32,000 bases of DNA from Promethearchaeota archaeon (GTDB lineage: Archaea > Asgardarchaeota > Hermodarchaeia > Hermodarchaeales > Hermodarchaeaceae), in NCBI GenBank assembly GCA_048938295.1, contig JBHLMI010000013.1:27804-59803 (forward strand), given 5' to 3'. The translations under genes were made by a program, and so were the position numbers. The notes beneath the pieces were generated by a model. It saw only the letters and a list, made by a program, of their open reading frames with translations. It searched no databases and had not been told where the DNA came from. Numbering within the stretch: position 1 is the first letter of the stretch; each line of letters begins with the position of its first letter. Below are positions 1 to 8,271 of the stretch, piece by piece.

Positions 1-200
1 AAGATTTCGGACTTTTCCTTTCCGTTACGCTCGTCGCCGAGGCGCGTTTTGACCGAAACTTAACCAGGTTCCGACGCTTCTCCGCCCCGCACCTGCCCCT
101 TGTTCAGGGGAATTTCTTGATACGCTGGAAGGGGGCTTCATGTACGTGGATGTAGCCCTGCCGCATAATGACTGGTACGATACAATCCCAGTCGGGCATA
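1..200 (-). ncRNA. Candidate structured RNA or leader, truncated by the window edge; family unknown
   Basis: Dense hairpins: GACTGG/CCAGTC 170-193, GGGCT/AGCCC 133-158, CCCCT/AGGGG 96-110, TTTCGG/CCGAAA 5-58. A minus-strand TTTAAT box lies about 25 nt upstream of 200. No convincing ORF. Shares motifs with 1815-1975. Confidence 0.4.
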
Positions 201-338
201 ACTATGTATTCGATATCAAATGCATTAAACACCACAAGTAATTCTCAGCAAGAATGAGAGACTTCGTAAGAATTCCTCTTCGAATGATGTTCATTCTTCC
301 CACAATTGAAAAGCCAATCACTTCTTTTCGGAAAACCC

Positions 339-344
339 TTAAAG
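339..344 (+). promoter_or_regulatory. Probable TATA box (TTAAAG) with purine-rich BRE for ahcY
   Basis: GAAAACCCTTAAAG lies about 37 nt before the ahcY ATG; similar CCTTAAAG/CCTATAAA motifs precede other genes in the window. Confidence 0.5.
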
Positions 345-380
345 CAAAGATATAGCCCAAAACTGCCATAGGTGTATACT

Positions 381-1637
381 ATGGTAGACCACAAAGTGCG
401 CGATCTCAGCCTAGCCGACCAAGGCCGAAAGAAAATCGATTGGGCCGAATCGCAAATGCCCGTGTTGATGGGCATCCGAAAACAATTCGCTAAAACCAAG
501 CCTCTCGAAGGTTTTCGGATTTCTGGCTGTTTACACGTGACCAAAGAAACTGCGGTGCTAGTTGAAACCTTTGTAGCAGCAGGGGCTGAAGTTGCTTGGT
601 GTGGCTGTAATCCACTCTCGACACAGGACGATGTGGCTGCAGCACTTGTTGCGAATGATGTGTCGGTGTTTGCCTGGCACAACCTGAATACGGAAGAATA
701 CTACTGGTGTATCGACCAAGCCCTCAAGATTAATCCTCAACTAACCCTCGACGATGGAGCAGATCTCATTTTTACGGTGCACACAAAACAACCAAATCTT
801 GCCAAGAAAATCCTTGGCGCTTCAGAAGAAACCACCACCGGCGTCCACCGTCTGCGAGCAATGGCTGCTGATGGAAAACTCCAATACCCCGTTATTGCGG
901 CGAACGATTCGGTGACGAAACATGATATGGATAATGTCTTCGGCACAGGACAGTCGGCACTTGATGGGGTCCTTCGGGCAACCAACATCTTGTTTGCTGG
1001 AAGCACCGTTGTGATCGGCGGATACGGTCACTGCGGGCGTGGACTTGCTTTGCGTGCACGCGGGATGGGTGCTGATGTCATCGTCACTGAAGTTGACTAC
1101 CTTCAAGCTTTGAAAGCGCGGATGGAAGGTTATCGGGTCATGCCCATGATTGAAGCCGCTCCACTGGGAGACGTCTTTATTACCTCAACGGGAATGCGCG
1201 ATGTCATTAGAAAGGAGCATTTCGCGGTCATGAAGGACCGAGCTATCCTAGCTAATGCGGGTCATTTCAACGTCGAAGTGAATGCTGAAGAATTGACCAA
1301 GATGGCGAAAAAAGAACGGGTGATTCGCGAAAATAACCGTGAATATACATTGAAAGATGGGCGTCGGATCTACCTTCTCGCTGAAGGACGCCTAGTGAAT
1401 CTGGCTGCGGCTGAAGGCCATCCTTCGTCGGTAATGGATTTGTCCTTCTCCAACCAGGTTTATGCCATGATTTACCTAAAGGACCATCACAAAGAACTCT
1501 CCAATGAAGTCTACGTGCTCCCACGAGAAATCGATGAAACCATTGCTCGATTAAAACTGGAATCCATGGGCATCAGCATCGACCAGCTGACTCCCGAACA
1601 ACAACGGTATCATCAGGATTATGCCGAAGGCACTTAA
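381..1637 (+). CDS. ahcY: Adenosylhomocysteinase (SAH hydrolase)
   Basis: Motifs GCLHVTKETAVL, CNPLSTQD, EETTTGV, GYGHCGRG (NAD-binding), NAGHF, GRLVNL, GHPS. ATG at 381 follows an AGGTG SD; the ORF track starts at GTG 372. Confidence 0.96.
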   Translation: MVDHKVRDLSLADQGRKKIDWAESQMPVLMGIRKQFAKTKPLEGFRISGCLHVTKETAVLVETFVAAGAEVAWCGCNPLSTQDDVAAALVANDVSVFAWHNLNTEEYYWCIDQALKINPQLTLDDGADLIFTVHTKQPNLAKKILGASEETTTGVHRLRAMAADGKLQYPVIAANDSVTKHDMDNVFGTGQSALDGVLRATNILFAGSTVVIGGYGHCGRGLALRARGMGADVIVTEVDYLQALKARMEGYRVMPMIEAAPLGDVFITSTGMRDVIRKEHFAVMKDRAILANAGHFNVEVNAEELTKMAKKERVIRENNREYTLKDGRRIYLLAEGRLVNLAAAEGHPSSVMDLSFSNQVYAMIYLKDHHKELSNEVYVLPREIDETIARLKLESMGISIDQLTPEQQRYHQDYAEGT

Positions 1638-1791
1638 CCAACGGATATCTGCTCAACACGAGGACTTTTCAACCAGTGCCAGGGTTAATAGCAGCTAATC
1701 CTTTTTAGCCAGTTCGGACCACTGAAGGTCAAGAACTTTTACTTCGGAGGCTAGTCAAACCGGGTTCACTTCACAGGTAGGGTGGGACACC

Positions 1792-1798
1792 TATAAAA
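1792..1798 (+). promoter_or_regulatory. TATA box (TATAAAA) ahead of a ~190-nt structured leader
   Basis: Canonical archaeal TATA sequence about 210 nt upstream of the creatininase-family start. Confidence 0.55.
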
Positions 1799-1814
1799 GC
1801 CGCAAACGCGCTAG

Positions 1815-1975
1815 GTGTGGCTGGTCGCCGCGAGTTGCGTGGAGACCCTAAACGCCTGGTCCGCGAGGCGGGAGGTGACAGCCCCTTTGGGGCAGTGCCC
1901 GTCGATGACGCAGGAACCGAACACCACCTTTGGCGTGTCCGAGGTGGGTAAGTTTCGGACAACGGTACTGTAATC
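1815..1975 (+). ncRNA. Candidate cis-regulatory RNA or riboswitch-like leader with an H-type pseudoknot
   Basis: GC-rich hairpins CGCCT/AGGCG 1853-1870, GCCCC/GGGGC 1881-1893 and CGTC/GACG 1900-1910. Pseudoknot S1 1924-1929/1942-1947 and S2 1936-1941/1956-1961. Confidence 0.5.
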
Positions 1976-2004
1976 CTTCACAACTAGTTGCTGGTGGATT
2001 CGGA

Positions 2005-2784
2005 TTGGCAGATGTTAAACCGTTCATGCTCGGGAAGCTGACCTGGGAGGAAGCTAAAGCGCTCTTCGAAGAAACGGAGATTGCTATCATACCTGTTGGC
2101 TCCCAAGAACAACATGGCCCAGCTCTCCCTCTCGATAATGATGCATTTCAAGCCCAGGAATTTGCCATTCGTGTCGCGGAGGCGCTGTGGCCAAAAATCA
2201 AAACCGCTGTTACTCCCCTGATTTCTTATGGGGTGTCTCCGCATCACATGCCCTTCGCAGGAACTATTACGTTGAGTGGCGACACTTTCATTAATCTCAT
2301 CGTGGATGTGGGAAAAAGCCTAGCTAAACATGGTGTGAAAAAAATCATTGTCATGAACAGCCATGGAGGAAATACTGCTGCCCTTTCCCTCGCTTTACGG
2401 AGACTACACGATGAAGAGGGCTTATGGTGCGTAGGACTCGAGTGGTGGAAAATCACTGGCGATTTGGTTCAAGAAATCTTTGAACCACCGCATTTCCATG
2501 CTGATGAAATGGAAACATCAGCAGCTTGGGCATTGGGGCAACGCGTATTAGAAGACAAGCGGGTCGACGAGCCGGGACGTGAACCTGTTCCAGGATTTTC
2601 GAAAGCAACCATGTTTCCTCCACAACCGCATATCATGCCTGTCTGGGATACCACAGATCTCACTGATTCAGGAACCATCGGATATGCGACTCGAGCTAGC
2701 CCGGAGAAGGGACAAAAAGTCGTGGATGAAGCAGTGAAACGGATGGTCGCCTTTATAGAGAAAGCAGTGACCTACGTGAAGTAA
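2005..2784 (+). CDS. Creatininase/creatinine amidohydrolase family protein (family also includes MftE and ArfB)
   Basis: Metal-ligand motifs PVGSQEQHGPALPLDND, GVSPHHMPFAGTI, NSHGGN, HADEMETS. TTG start at 2005 after GGTGGA is inferred; ATG 2026 is an alternative. Confidence 0.88.
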   Translation: MADVKPFMLGKLTWEEAKALFEETEIAIIPVGSQEQHGPALPLDNDAFQAQEFAIRVAEALWPKIKTAVTPLISYGVSPHHMPFAGTITLSGDTFINLIVDVGKSLAKHGVKKIIVMNSHGGNTAALSLALRRLHDEEGLWCVGLEWWKITGDLVQEIFEPPHFHADEMETSAAWALGQRVLEDKRVDEPGREPVPGFSKATMFPPQPHIMPVWDTTDLTDSGTIGYATRASPEKGQKVVDEAVKRMVAFIEKAVTYVK

Positions 2785-2791
2785 TTGGGTT

Positions 2792-3298
2792 TTAGATGAT
2801 TTCTTGTGCTGTGGCGGGAGCACCAAGGTCTTTGCTTCGAATTCCCCAAATACCGGCGATAAGTCCAAAAATGGGAGCCAGAAATCCTAGGAATAGTGTA
2901 GCAAAATTTCGTGTAAACACGAAGGCAATAGTAACGCCCACAAAGCTTGTAAGGAGACCGATGATGGAGATAACTAAAATTATAGCGCTACCGATCCGTC
3001 GATTAAGGAAGTACACGATACTGGCCCCGATTAGCAGGATAACCGAAAACACAATGTACCATCCGACTAACCCCGATACCATCTGCAGCATGTAAATGTT
3101 CATGAAAGAGAAAGGATTGTAAGGGTCATAAGGGACCGAGACCTGTGGCAGTACGGTAAGCAGTTGATAGACTTGGAAGACATTGAACAGGCACGCCAGC
3201 AAAACCATTGCCGGTTCACGAAGCGGGCGATCTGGATTACCCTTTACTAGTTCGCTAATCGGGGTCGTTTTTTCTGAAAACAGACTTTCCACCTCCAT
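2792..3298 (-). CDS. Hypothetical membrane protein (~4 TM)
   Basis: 168-aa ORF with four hydrophobic segments; fills the gap between convergent and divergent genes. Confidence 0.7.
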   Translation of the reverse strand: MEVESLFSEKTTPISELVKGNPDRPLREPAMVLLACLFNVFQVYQLLTVLPQVSVPYDPYNPFSFMNIYMLQMVSGLVGWYIVFSVILLIGASIVYFLNRRIGSAIILVISIIGLLTSFVGVTIAFVFTRNFATLFLGFLAPIFGLIAGIWGIRSKDLGAPATAQEII

Positions 3299-3299
3299 T

Positions 3300-3315
3300 A
3301 GAGCTAAAAAGCTCT
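3300..3315. promoter_or_regulatory. Palindrome AGAGCT-AAAA-AGCTCT in a divergent promoter region; possible operator
   Basis: Perfect 6-bp inverted repeat directly upstream of the 3298 start. Confidence 0.3.
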
Positions 3316-3391
3316 ACGAGGTTTCTGGGCGTACCAGACCTTAAAGCTTTTATGTGTTTACTTAGAAGAATGCATTGAGTAGGGACTTGGT

Positions 3392-6196
3392 GTGTATCGG
3401 TACGCAATACGTCGAACAACCCGGAATAAAAAGCTGTTTCTGGCAATATTAATCGGGGTCACAATAGCCACATCCCTTTTTGCAGCTGCCAACATCGGCG
3501 CTAACTCTTTAGTAGGCGCGATGCTTGACGAAATTTTGGGTAGCGTAACCGTGGATATGCATTGGCGGACTTGGAGTTGGGGAACAATTCCGTCAGCCTC
3601 CTCTTTCGCCAATATTCGGCAGCAAGTTGAAAGCATCGAAAATGTGCAATTTACAGAAACCATGATACGGAACACGAATGCCACGTATGTTGCCCCCGAT
3701 ATGGAATTTATTATGACATGTGGAGTACAAGGTAACTCCAGTATTTATGATGGTGTTACTCTGATTTCTGGAACTTTAGCCCTTGGTGCCAATGAAACCC
3801 TCATCACCACAAGTTCATCACGCATAAGCGAGTATCCAATCGGAAGCAACTATTCGACGAGTATCCATGTCTGGACTGACTCTCCAGAAGATATTACAGT
3901 CAACCTTACTCTCAAGGTTGTAGGCCATGTTGAACTCAGCACATCCGCCCGAGACACCCTTATGGTTGATCCACCTTTCTACTATTGGGGGTATGAATAC
4001 GAAAGCTGGCTAGAACAGCATGCTACCTTCTTTATAACCGACGTTGAAGCAACTTTCTTACCACTCTATGACTGGGCTTCAGTCCAACCGGACGCCCAAG
4101 AACTTGAGCTTGATCCATTCACGCTAATCTTTGTCAACCGGGCAGCCCTCATCAATCCCTATAACGTCCAAGTCTCCATGCAAAATCTACAACAAATGAG
4201 CTTTGAAATTCAAAACCGTCTATATCTAACACATGATGGGTATCTTATTAATAATCTCTATAATGCCCTGCAATACTTTTCAAGCATTTCAGAGGCATTT
4301 CGGGCGACCTTCCTGCAGGTATCGATTCCCGTGTTCTTCATCGCTTTGTACATGGGCGTTACATTGAATGATGTATCCTATTCTATCCGTCGCCGCGAAG
4401 CAGGTCTGTTACTCACAAAGGGTGTGACAAGAAGCACTATAACCAGTTTATTCGTATGGGAGGCAATTATCACTGGAATCATTGCTAGCATCTTCGGTAT
4501 CCTCATTGCTATTGGGATCATTCCCTTTTTCATCCCGGCAATCACATGGACAACTATCTTCATTACAGGAATCGGCGTCGATACAATCTTCCTGACGTTC
4601 CTTATTGGGGTTCTAATTGCTGTATTTGCCTCCTATCTCCCTGCCAGAAAGGCAGCAAAAATACCGACAACTGAAGCGATCCGAGAGTACACTCTGACTG
4701 GAGAGCCCACGGGATATCCCCGAATGCTTGCTTGGACTGCCTTAATTTTGGGGAGCTACAAACTCATTATCTGGCTCTTGGGAATCAATGTCGCTGAACT
4801 CGCTATTAACTTGATTTTTACCAATCCAATTCTCGGTTCAATAGCGATGTATTGGGTCGTCTTTGATACCGTTATCGCCTTCTGGGCACCCCTACTCTTT
4901 CTCTGGGGATTTGTCACCATTATCGTCAAGGGATGGAAAGGTTTCTACCATTATTCGGAGCGCTTCATCGGAAAAATCATGGGCGAGTTAGGAGGATTAG
5001 CGTCACATAACATCTCTCGGCGCCCTGGACGAACGGTGGCGATTATCTTCATCACCGCGTTAATAGTCGGTTATTCCGTGCAGACAATCGGCATCCTTGG
5101 CAGTAGCCAAGATCTTGCTATCAGAAATGCCTACACATCTGTGGGTGCGGATATCAAAGTCCTCGTGAGTTATCCCGAAAACGTCACCGATTTACTACCT
5201 ACTATTCGCAATATCGATGGCGTTCGAGCAGCAGCAGGCCAGTACACCTTCACGATGTCCACCGTTGCATCTGACGGATTGGTCGTAAGAGCGATTAATG
5301 TCAGTGAGTGGTTAGGAGTCGCTTACCTCGAACCCGAATGGATATTGGGCGTTCCCTATCCAATAGCATTTGACGCCATTTCAGGGAATAATGAAACAAT
5401 TATCCTTGAGAAACTAGCCGCTATCAATGTACAGGCAGCTCTAGGTGATGCCATATCCGTTCAATTCCCTGCATCAAGTGTATACCATCCACTAACTATC
5501 GTTGGATTCATGGGCCCAGAACCTGAATTTGTTCAACTTGGCTATTCCCCAACAGGAGGTTATTGGATGGCAGAACCATCTTGGTCCTACGTTTCCATCG
5601 AGTTGATGGAGAGTTATTCTGCCGAGATATCCCCCACAGGATATGTATTAGTGTCCTTGGATTCGTCTGCTTATAATGCAGAAGTAATCCAAGCCTTAGA
5701 AGCATTAGATAATGTCCTTCAGGTCGATTCAGCGATTTCTCTTATAGAAAATTACAATGCTGATGTCCTTCGAAACGCAACAACCAATATGATGCAATTG
5801 GGAGTCGCGTTCGCTATCATCCTTGCATCTGTAGGCACATTGGTTATCATTTATTTGACGCTTCGAGAGCGCCGGACGACCACAGCTCTGATGAGTGCAC
5901 GGGGATTAACCTATACCCAAACGGTCACCATGCTTTCCGCTGAAATCCTAACGATCATGATATTTGCCATCCTCTTGGGATTATCCGTAGGACTCATCAT
6001 CTATTACGGGCTGATCAGCGGTGGAGTGGCAACATTAGTTCCACCTCTCGTCCAAGCCCGATTTTTACCACCTGAGTTTAATGTCATGTTTGCAGCTTAC
6101 ATAGGAGCCATCGCGGGACTCCTTGTATTGAACACTTTAGTTCCCATTTTAATTGAAGCACGTACCGCACGGTACGATCTCTCCGTGTTGAGGTGA
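3392..6196 (+). CDS. ABC transporter permease, FtsX/MacB-like with two permease repeats
   Basis: N-terminal TM, two large extracytoplasmic domains, two FtsX-like segments (RRREAGLLLTKG, RRTTTALMSARG); adjacent to a LolD-like ATPase. Confidence 0.88.
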   Translation: MYRYAIRRTTRNKKLFLAILIGVTIATSLFAAANIGANSLVGAMLDEILGSVTVDMHWRTWSWGTIPSASSFANIRQQVESIENVQFTETMIRNTNATYVAPDMEFIMTCGVQGNSSIYDGVTLISGTLALGANETLITTSSSRISEYPIGSNYSTSIHVWTDSPEDITVNLTLKVVGHVELSTSARDTLMVDPPFYYWGYEYESWLEQHATFFITDVEATFLPLYDWASVQPDAQELELDPFTLIFVNRAALINPYNVQVSMQNLQQMSFEIQNRLYLTHDGYLINNLYNALQYFSSISEAFRATFLQVSIPVFFIALYMGVTLNDVSYSIRRREAGLLLTKGVTRSTITSLFVWEAIITGIIASIFGILIAIGIIPFFIPAITWTTIFITGIGVDTIFLTFLIGVLIAVFASYLPARKAAKIPTTEAIREYTLTGEPTGYPRMLAWTALILGSYKLIIWLLGINVAELAINLIFTNPILGSIAMYWVVFDTVIAFWAPLLFLWGFVTIIVKGWKGFYHYSERFIGKIMGELGGLASHNISRRPGRTVAIIFITALIVGYSVQTIGILGSSQDLAIRNAYTSVGADIKVLVSYPENVTDLLPTIRNIDGVRAAAGQYTFTMSTVASDGLVVRAINVSEWLGVAYLEPEWILGVPYPIAFDAISGNNETIILEKLAAINVQAALGDAISVQFPASSVYHPLTIVGFMGPEPEFVQLGYSPTGGYWMAEPSWSYVSIELMESYSAEISPTGYVLVSLDSSAYNAEVIQALEALDNVLQVDSAISLIENYNADVLRNATTNMMQLGVAFAIILASVGTLVIIYLTLRERRTTTALMSARGLTYTQTVTMLSAEILTIMIFAILLGLSVGLIIYYGLISGGVATLVPPLVQARFLPPEFNVMFAAYIGAIAGLLVLNTLVPILIEARTARYDLSVLR

Positions 6197-6203
6197 AAAG
6201 AGA

Positions 6204-7094
6204 ATGTCCTATATTTCAGTCAAAGATTTGGTTCGGGTCTACCGCATGGGGGCAGTCGAGGTTCGTGCCCTTCGAGGATTGTCCATGGAAGTTCGGGAAG
6301 GAGAACTCATTTCAGTTATGGGGCCTTCCGGTTCGGGAAAAACCACCTTACTTAATATCATTGGGGGACTTGACCGAGCCACGGCAGGAGAAGCCAAGGT
6401 AGGTGATGTAGATGTCACATTCTTGGACCGTAGACAACTCGTCATGTACCGGCGACGCGTAGTTGGGCACATCTTCCAGACACTGAACCTTGTTCCAACA
6501 CTCACTGCGGCAGAAAATGTCGCATTACCCATGATTGTCAATCAACTCCCACGAAGCGAACGCCGAAACCGAGTAGACGAACTACTCTCTATTGTTCAAC
6601 TCTCAGATCGGGCGAAGCACAAACCCGATGAAATGAGTGGAGGCGAACAACAACGAGTTGCTATTGCTGCAGCGCTGGCTAATGATCCTCCCATTGTCTT
6701 GGCTGATGAGCCCACCGGTGAGTTAGATTCTGAAACCTCCCAGATCATTGTTGACTTTTTGGTGCAAATCAATGAGAAGTATAAGAAGACCATTATCCTC
6801 GTGACCCACAACCCGCTAGTTGCAGCTTCCACGGAACGTATTCTCCGAATCGATGATGGCGTAATTAAAGCCGCTTATACCCCTGCAGAACTTGAAGCTG
6901 GTGCTGAAGGCCGTACAGTGAGCTATGTTGACCAGATGCGGCAACGAATCAAGAAACTGCAAGCAGAACTTAGTGACTTAGACAAGAAGTTCAAAGCTGG
7001 CGATGTAACCGGTGATGAATACGTCGAAGAACGGTTACGCCTTAAAGCCGCGATTCGAGGCCTTGAAGACGAAGTCCACCGTCACGGCGGGTGA
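6204..7094 (+). CDS. ABC transporter ATP-binding protein (LolD/MacB-type) with C-terminal helical extension
   Basis: Walker A GPSGSGKT, signature MSGGEQQR, Walker B VLADEPTG, H-loop VTHN. A GAGGTGA SD overlaps the permease stop. Confidence 0.95.
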   Translation: MSYISVKDLVRVYRMGAVEVRALRGLSMEVREGELISVMGPSGSGKTTLLNIIGGLDRATAGEAKVGDVDVTFLDRRQLVMYRRRVVGHIFQTLNLVPTLTAAENVALPMIVNQLPRSERRNRVDELLSIVQLSDRAKHKPDEMSGGEQQRVAIAAALANDPPIVLADEPTGELDSETSQIIVDFLVQINEKYKKTIILVTHNPLVAASTERILRIDDGVIKAAYTPAELEAGAEGRTVSYVDQMRQRIKKLQAELSDLDKKFKAGDVTGDEYVEERLRLKAAIRGLEDEVHRHGG

Positions 7095-7153
7095 GCAATT
7101 AATTATCCGGATCACGGTGGAAACGGAAGTATTAATTGCCCTTTTCTCTTCTT
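7095..7153 (+). terminator. Stem-loop plus pyrimidine tract after the ABC operon
   Basis: GCAATTAAT/ATTAATTGC inverted repeat 7095-7139 with an inner TCCG/CGGA stem, followed by CCTTTTCTCTTCTT. Confidence 0.5.
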
Positions 7154-7198
7154 GTTGCATAATGAGTTCAGCTAGCTTGAATAGGAGTCGATAGAACC

Positions 7199-7702
7199 GT
7201 GCCCTTCCGAGATTACATTGCAGCCCCGCATAAACTTGCATACATCGAGGGGCGGGAACGTCGTGAAATTCCCTGTATCTTCTGTGCGATAATCGAAGGT
7301 AACCCCAAGGTGAAAACCAAAATCGTTTACCGTGATGATCAGTTCTTGGTCCTTCTCAACATGTTCCCTTTTAATCCAGGTCATGTGATGGTTGTTCCCA
7401 TTCGCCATGTGGTGAAGCTTTCGGAGCTAACCCAGGAGGAGACAAACGCCTTCTTCTGGATGGGCGCTAAAACAGTAAAACTCGTCCAAAAGGCTTTCAA
7501 CCCAACGGGTGTGAACATGGGACTGAATCTTGGTTCAGCTGCAGGAGCCAGTATTTCGCATCTCCATTTGCATATCGTGCCCCGTTACCCCCGAGAACTA
7601 GGCTTCATGGAAACTACCGCGGATACACGGACTTTGGTCATGAATGCAGAAACTACCTATCAACGGCTAGCTCCCCATTTGGATATTCTCACATCAGAGT
7701 GA
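7199..7702 (+). CDS. HIT family nucleotide hydrolase (Ap4A hydrolase/phosphorylase-like)
   Basis: CIFC zinc motif, NMFPFNPGHVMVVP, histidine triad HLHLHIVPR. Confidence 0.92.
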   Translation: MPFRDYIAAPHKLAYIEGRERREIPCIFCAIIEGNPKVKTKIVYRDDQFLVLLNMFPFNPGHVMVVPIRHVVKLSELTQEETNAFFWMGAKTVKLVQKAFNPTGVNMGLNLGSAAGASISHLHLHIVPRYPRELGFMETTADTRTLVMNAETTYQRLAPHLDILTSE

Positions 7703-7707
7703 AAAGA

Positions 7708-8250
7708 ATGAAGAAAGGAAAAGAATCCAGCCACAAGGGTATGGTGCAGGTCTATACTGGTTCCGGAAAGGGAAAAACCACAGCGGCATTGGGGCTAGGC
7801 TTACGTGCGGCAGGCCATGGCTTTGAAGTATACATGATTCAATTCATGAAAGGAAAGATTAACTATGGAGAATTGAACGCCGTTAAATATATTCCCAACT
7901 TCACGATTCGGCAGTTTGGTCGTCCAGATTTTGTAGATAAATCGAAACCAGACGCCGAAGATGTCAAGTTGGCAAAAGCAGCGCTTGCTCATGCCCGTGA
8001 GATAATCGAAAGAGGAACCATTGACTTTCTGATTCTTGATGAAGTGAATGTGGCAATGGATTTCGGATTGGTTACCGAACAGGAAGTCATTGCGTTGATT
8101 GAATCCCGTCCTGCTCATATGGAACTAGTTCTGACGGGTCGGTATGCTCCCGCTTCGATTATTGAACTCGCAGATCTTGTCAGTGAGGTGAGGGAAGTTA
8201 AGCATCCCTATCAGAAGGGAGTCGCGGCGCGTAAAGGTGTGGAGATGTAG
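7708..8250 (+). CDS. cobO: Cob(I)alamin adenosyltransferase, CobA/CobO/BtuR type
   Basis: VYTGSGKGKTTAALG, IQFMKG, LILDEV, LVLTGRYAP, KHPYQKG. Start is ATG 7708 or GTG 7699 overlapping the HIT stop. Confidence 0.93.
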   Translation: MKKGKESSHKGMVQVYTGSGKGKTTAALGLGLRAAGHGFEVYMIQFMKGKINYGELNAVKYIPNFTIRQFGRPDFVDKSKPDAEDVKLAKAALAHAREIIERGTIDFLILDEVNVAMDFGLVTEQEVIALIESRPAHMELVLTGRYAPASIIELADLVSEVREVKHPYQKGVAARKGVEM

Positions 8251-8271
8251 CTGGCTCAGAGGTGATATGAA

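Noticed and set aside
1-125. Element A as a SAM-I riboswitch, RNase P RNA, cobalamin riboswitch or group II intron 5' end (TATCAAGA, AAGAAATTCC, GGAACCTGGTTAAG, GTGCG)
   Set aside because: Only short fragments match. The required elements are missing or in the wrong order (SAM-I GCAACC/GGUGC and P1 closure, RNase P GAGGAA and GNRA helices, B12 CCCGC-ACUGU).
1-199. Leaderless ORF MPDWDCIVPVIMRQGYIHVHEAPFQRIKKFP-TGA with possible selenocysteine read-through
   Set aside because: The read-through sequence is low-complexity basic and resembles no selenoprotein family I know, and no SECIS is visible.
245-682. 145-aa and other antisense ORFs over ahcY, the mutases, carboxyltransferases and ETF
   Set aside because: They are shadow ORFs on the opposite strand or frame of well-supported genes and have no motifs.
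1785-1975. Element B as a ykkC/guanidine-I, SAM-I, TPP, FMN or cobalamin riboswitch
   Set aside because: Motifs such as CTGGTCCG, GGCGGGA..AGCCC and ACTGTAA occur, but spacing and helices do not fit those consensus structures; left as unknown.
7095-7139. SECIS element
   Set aside because: No AUGA/GA quartet or archaeal GAA/A core in the right place, and no in-frame UGA gene nearby; treated as a terminator-like hairpin.
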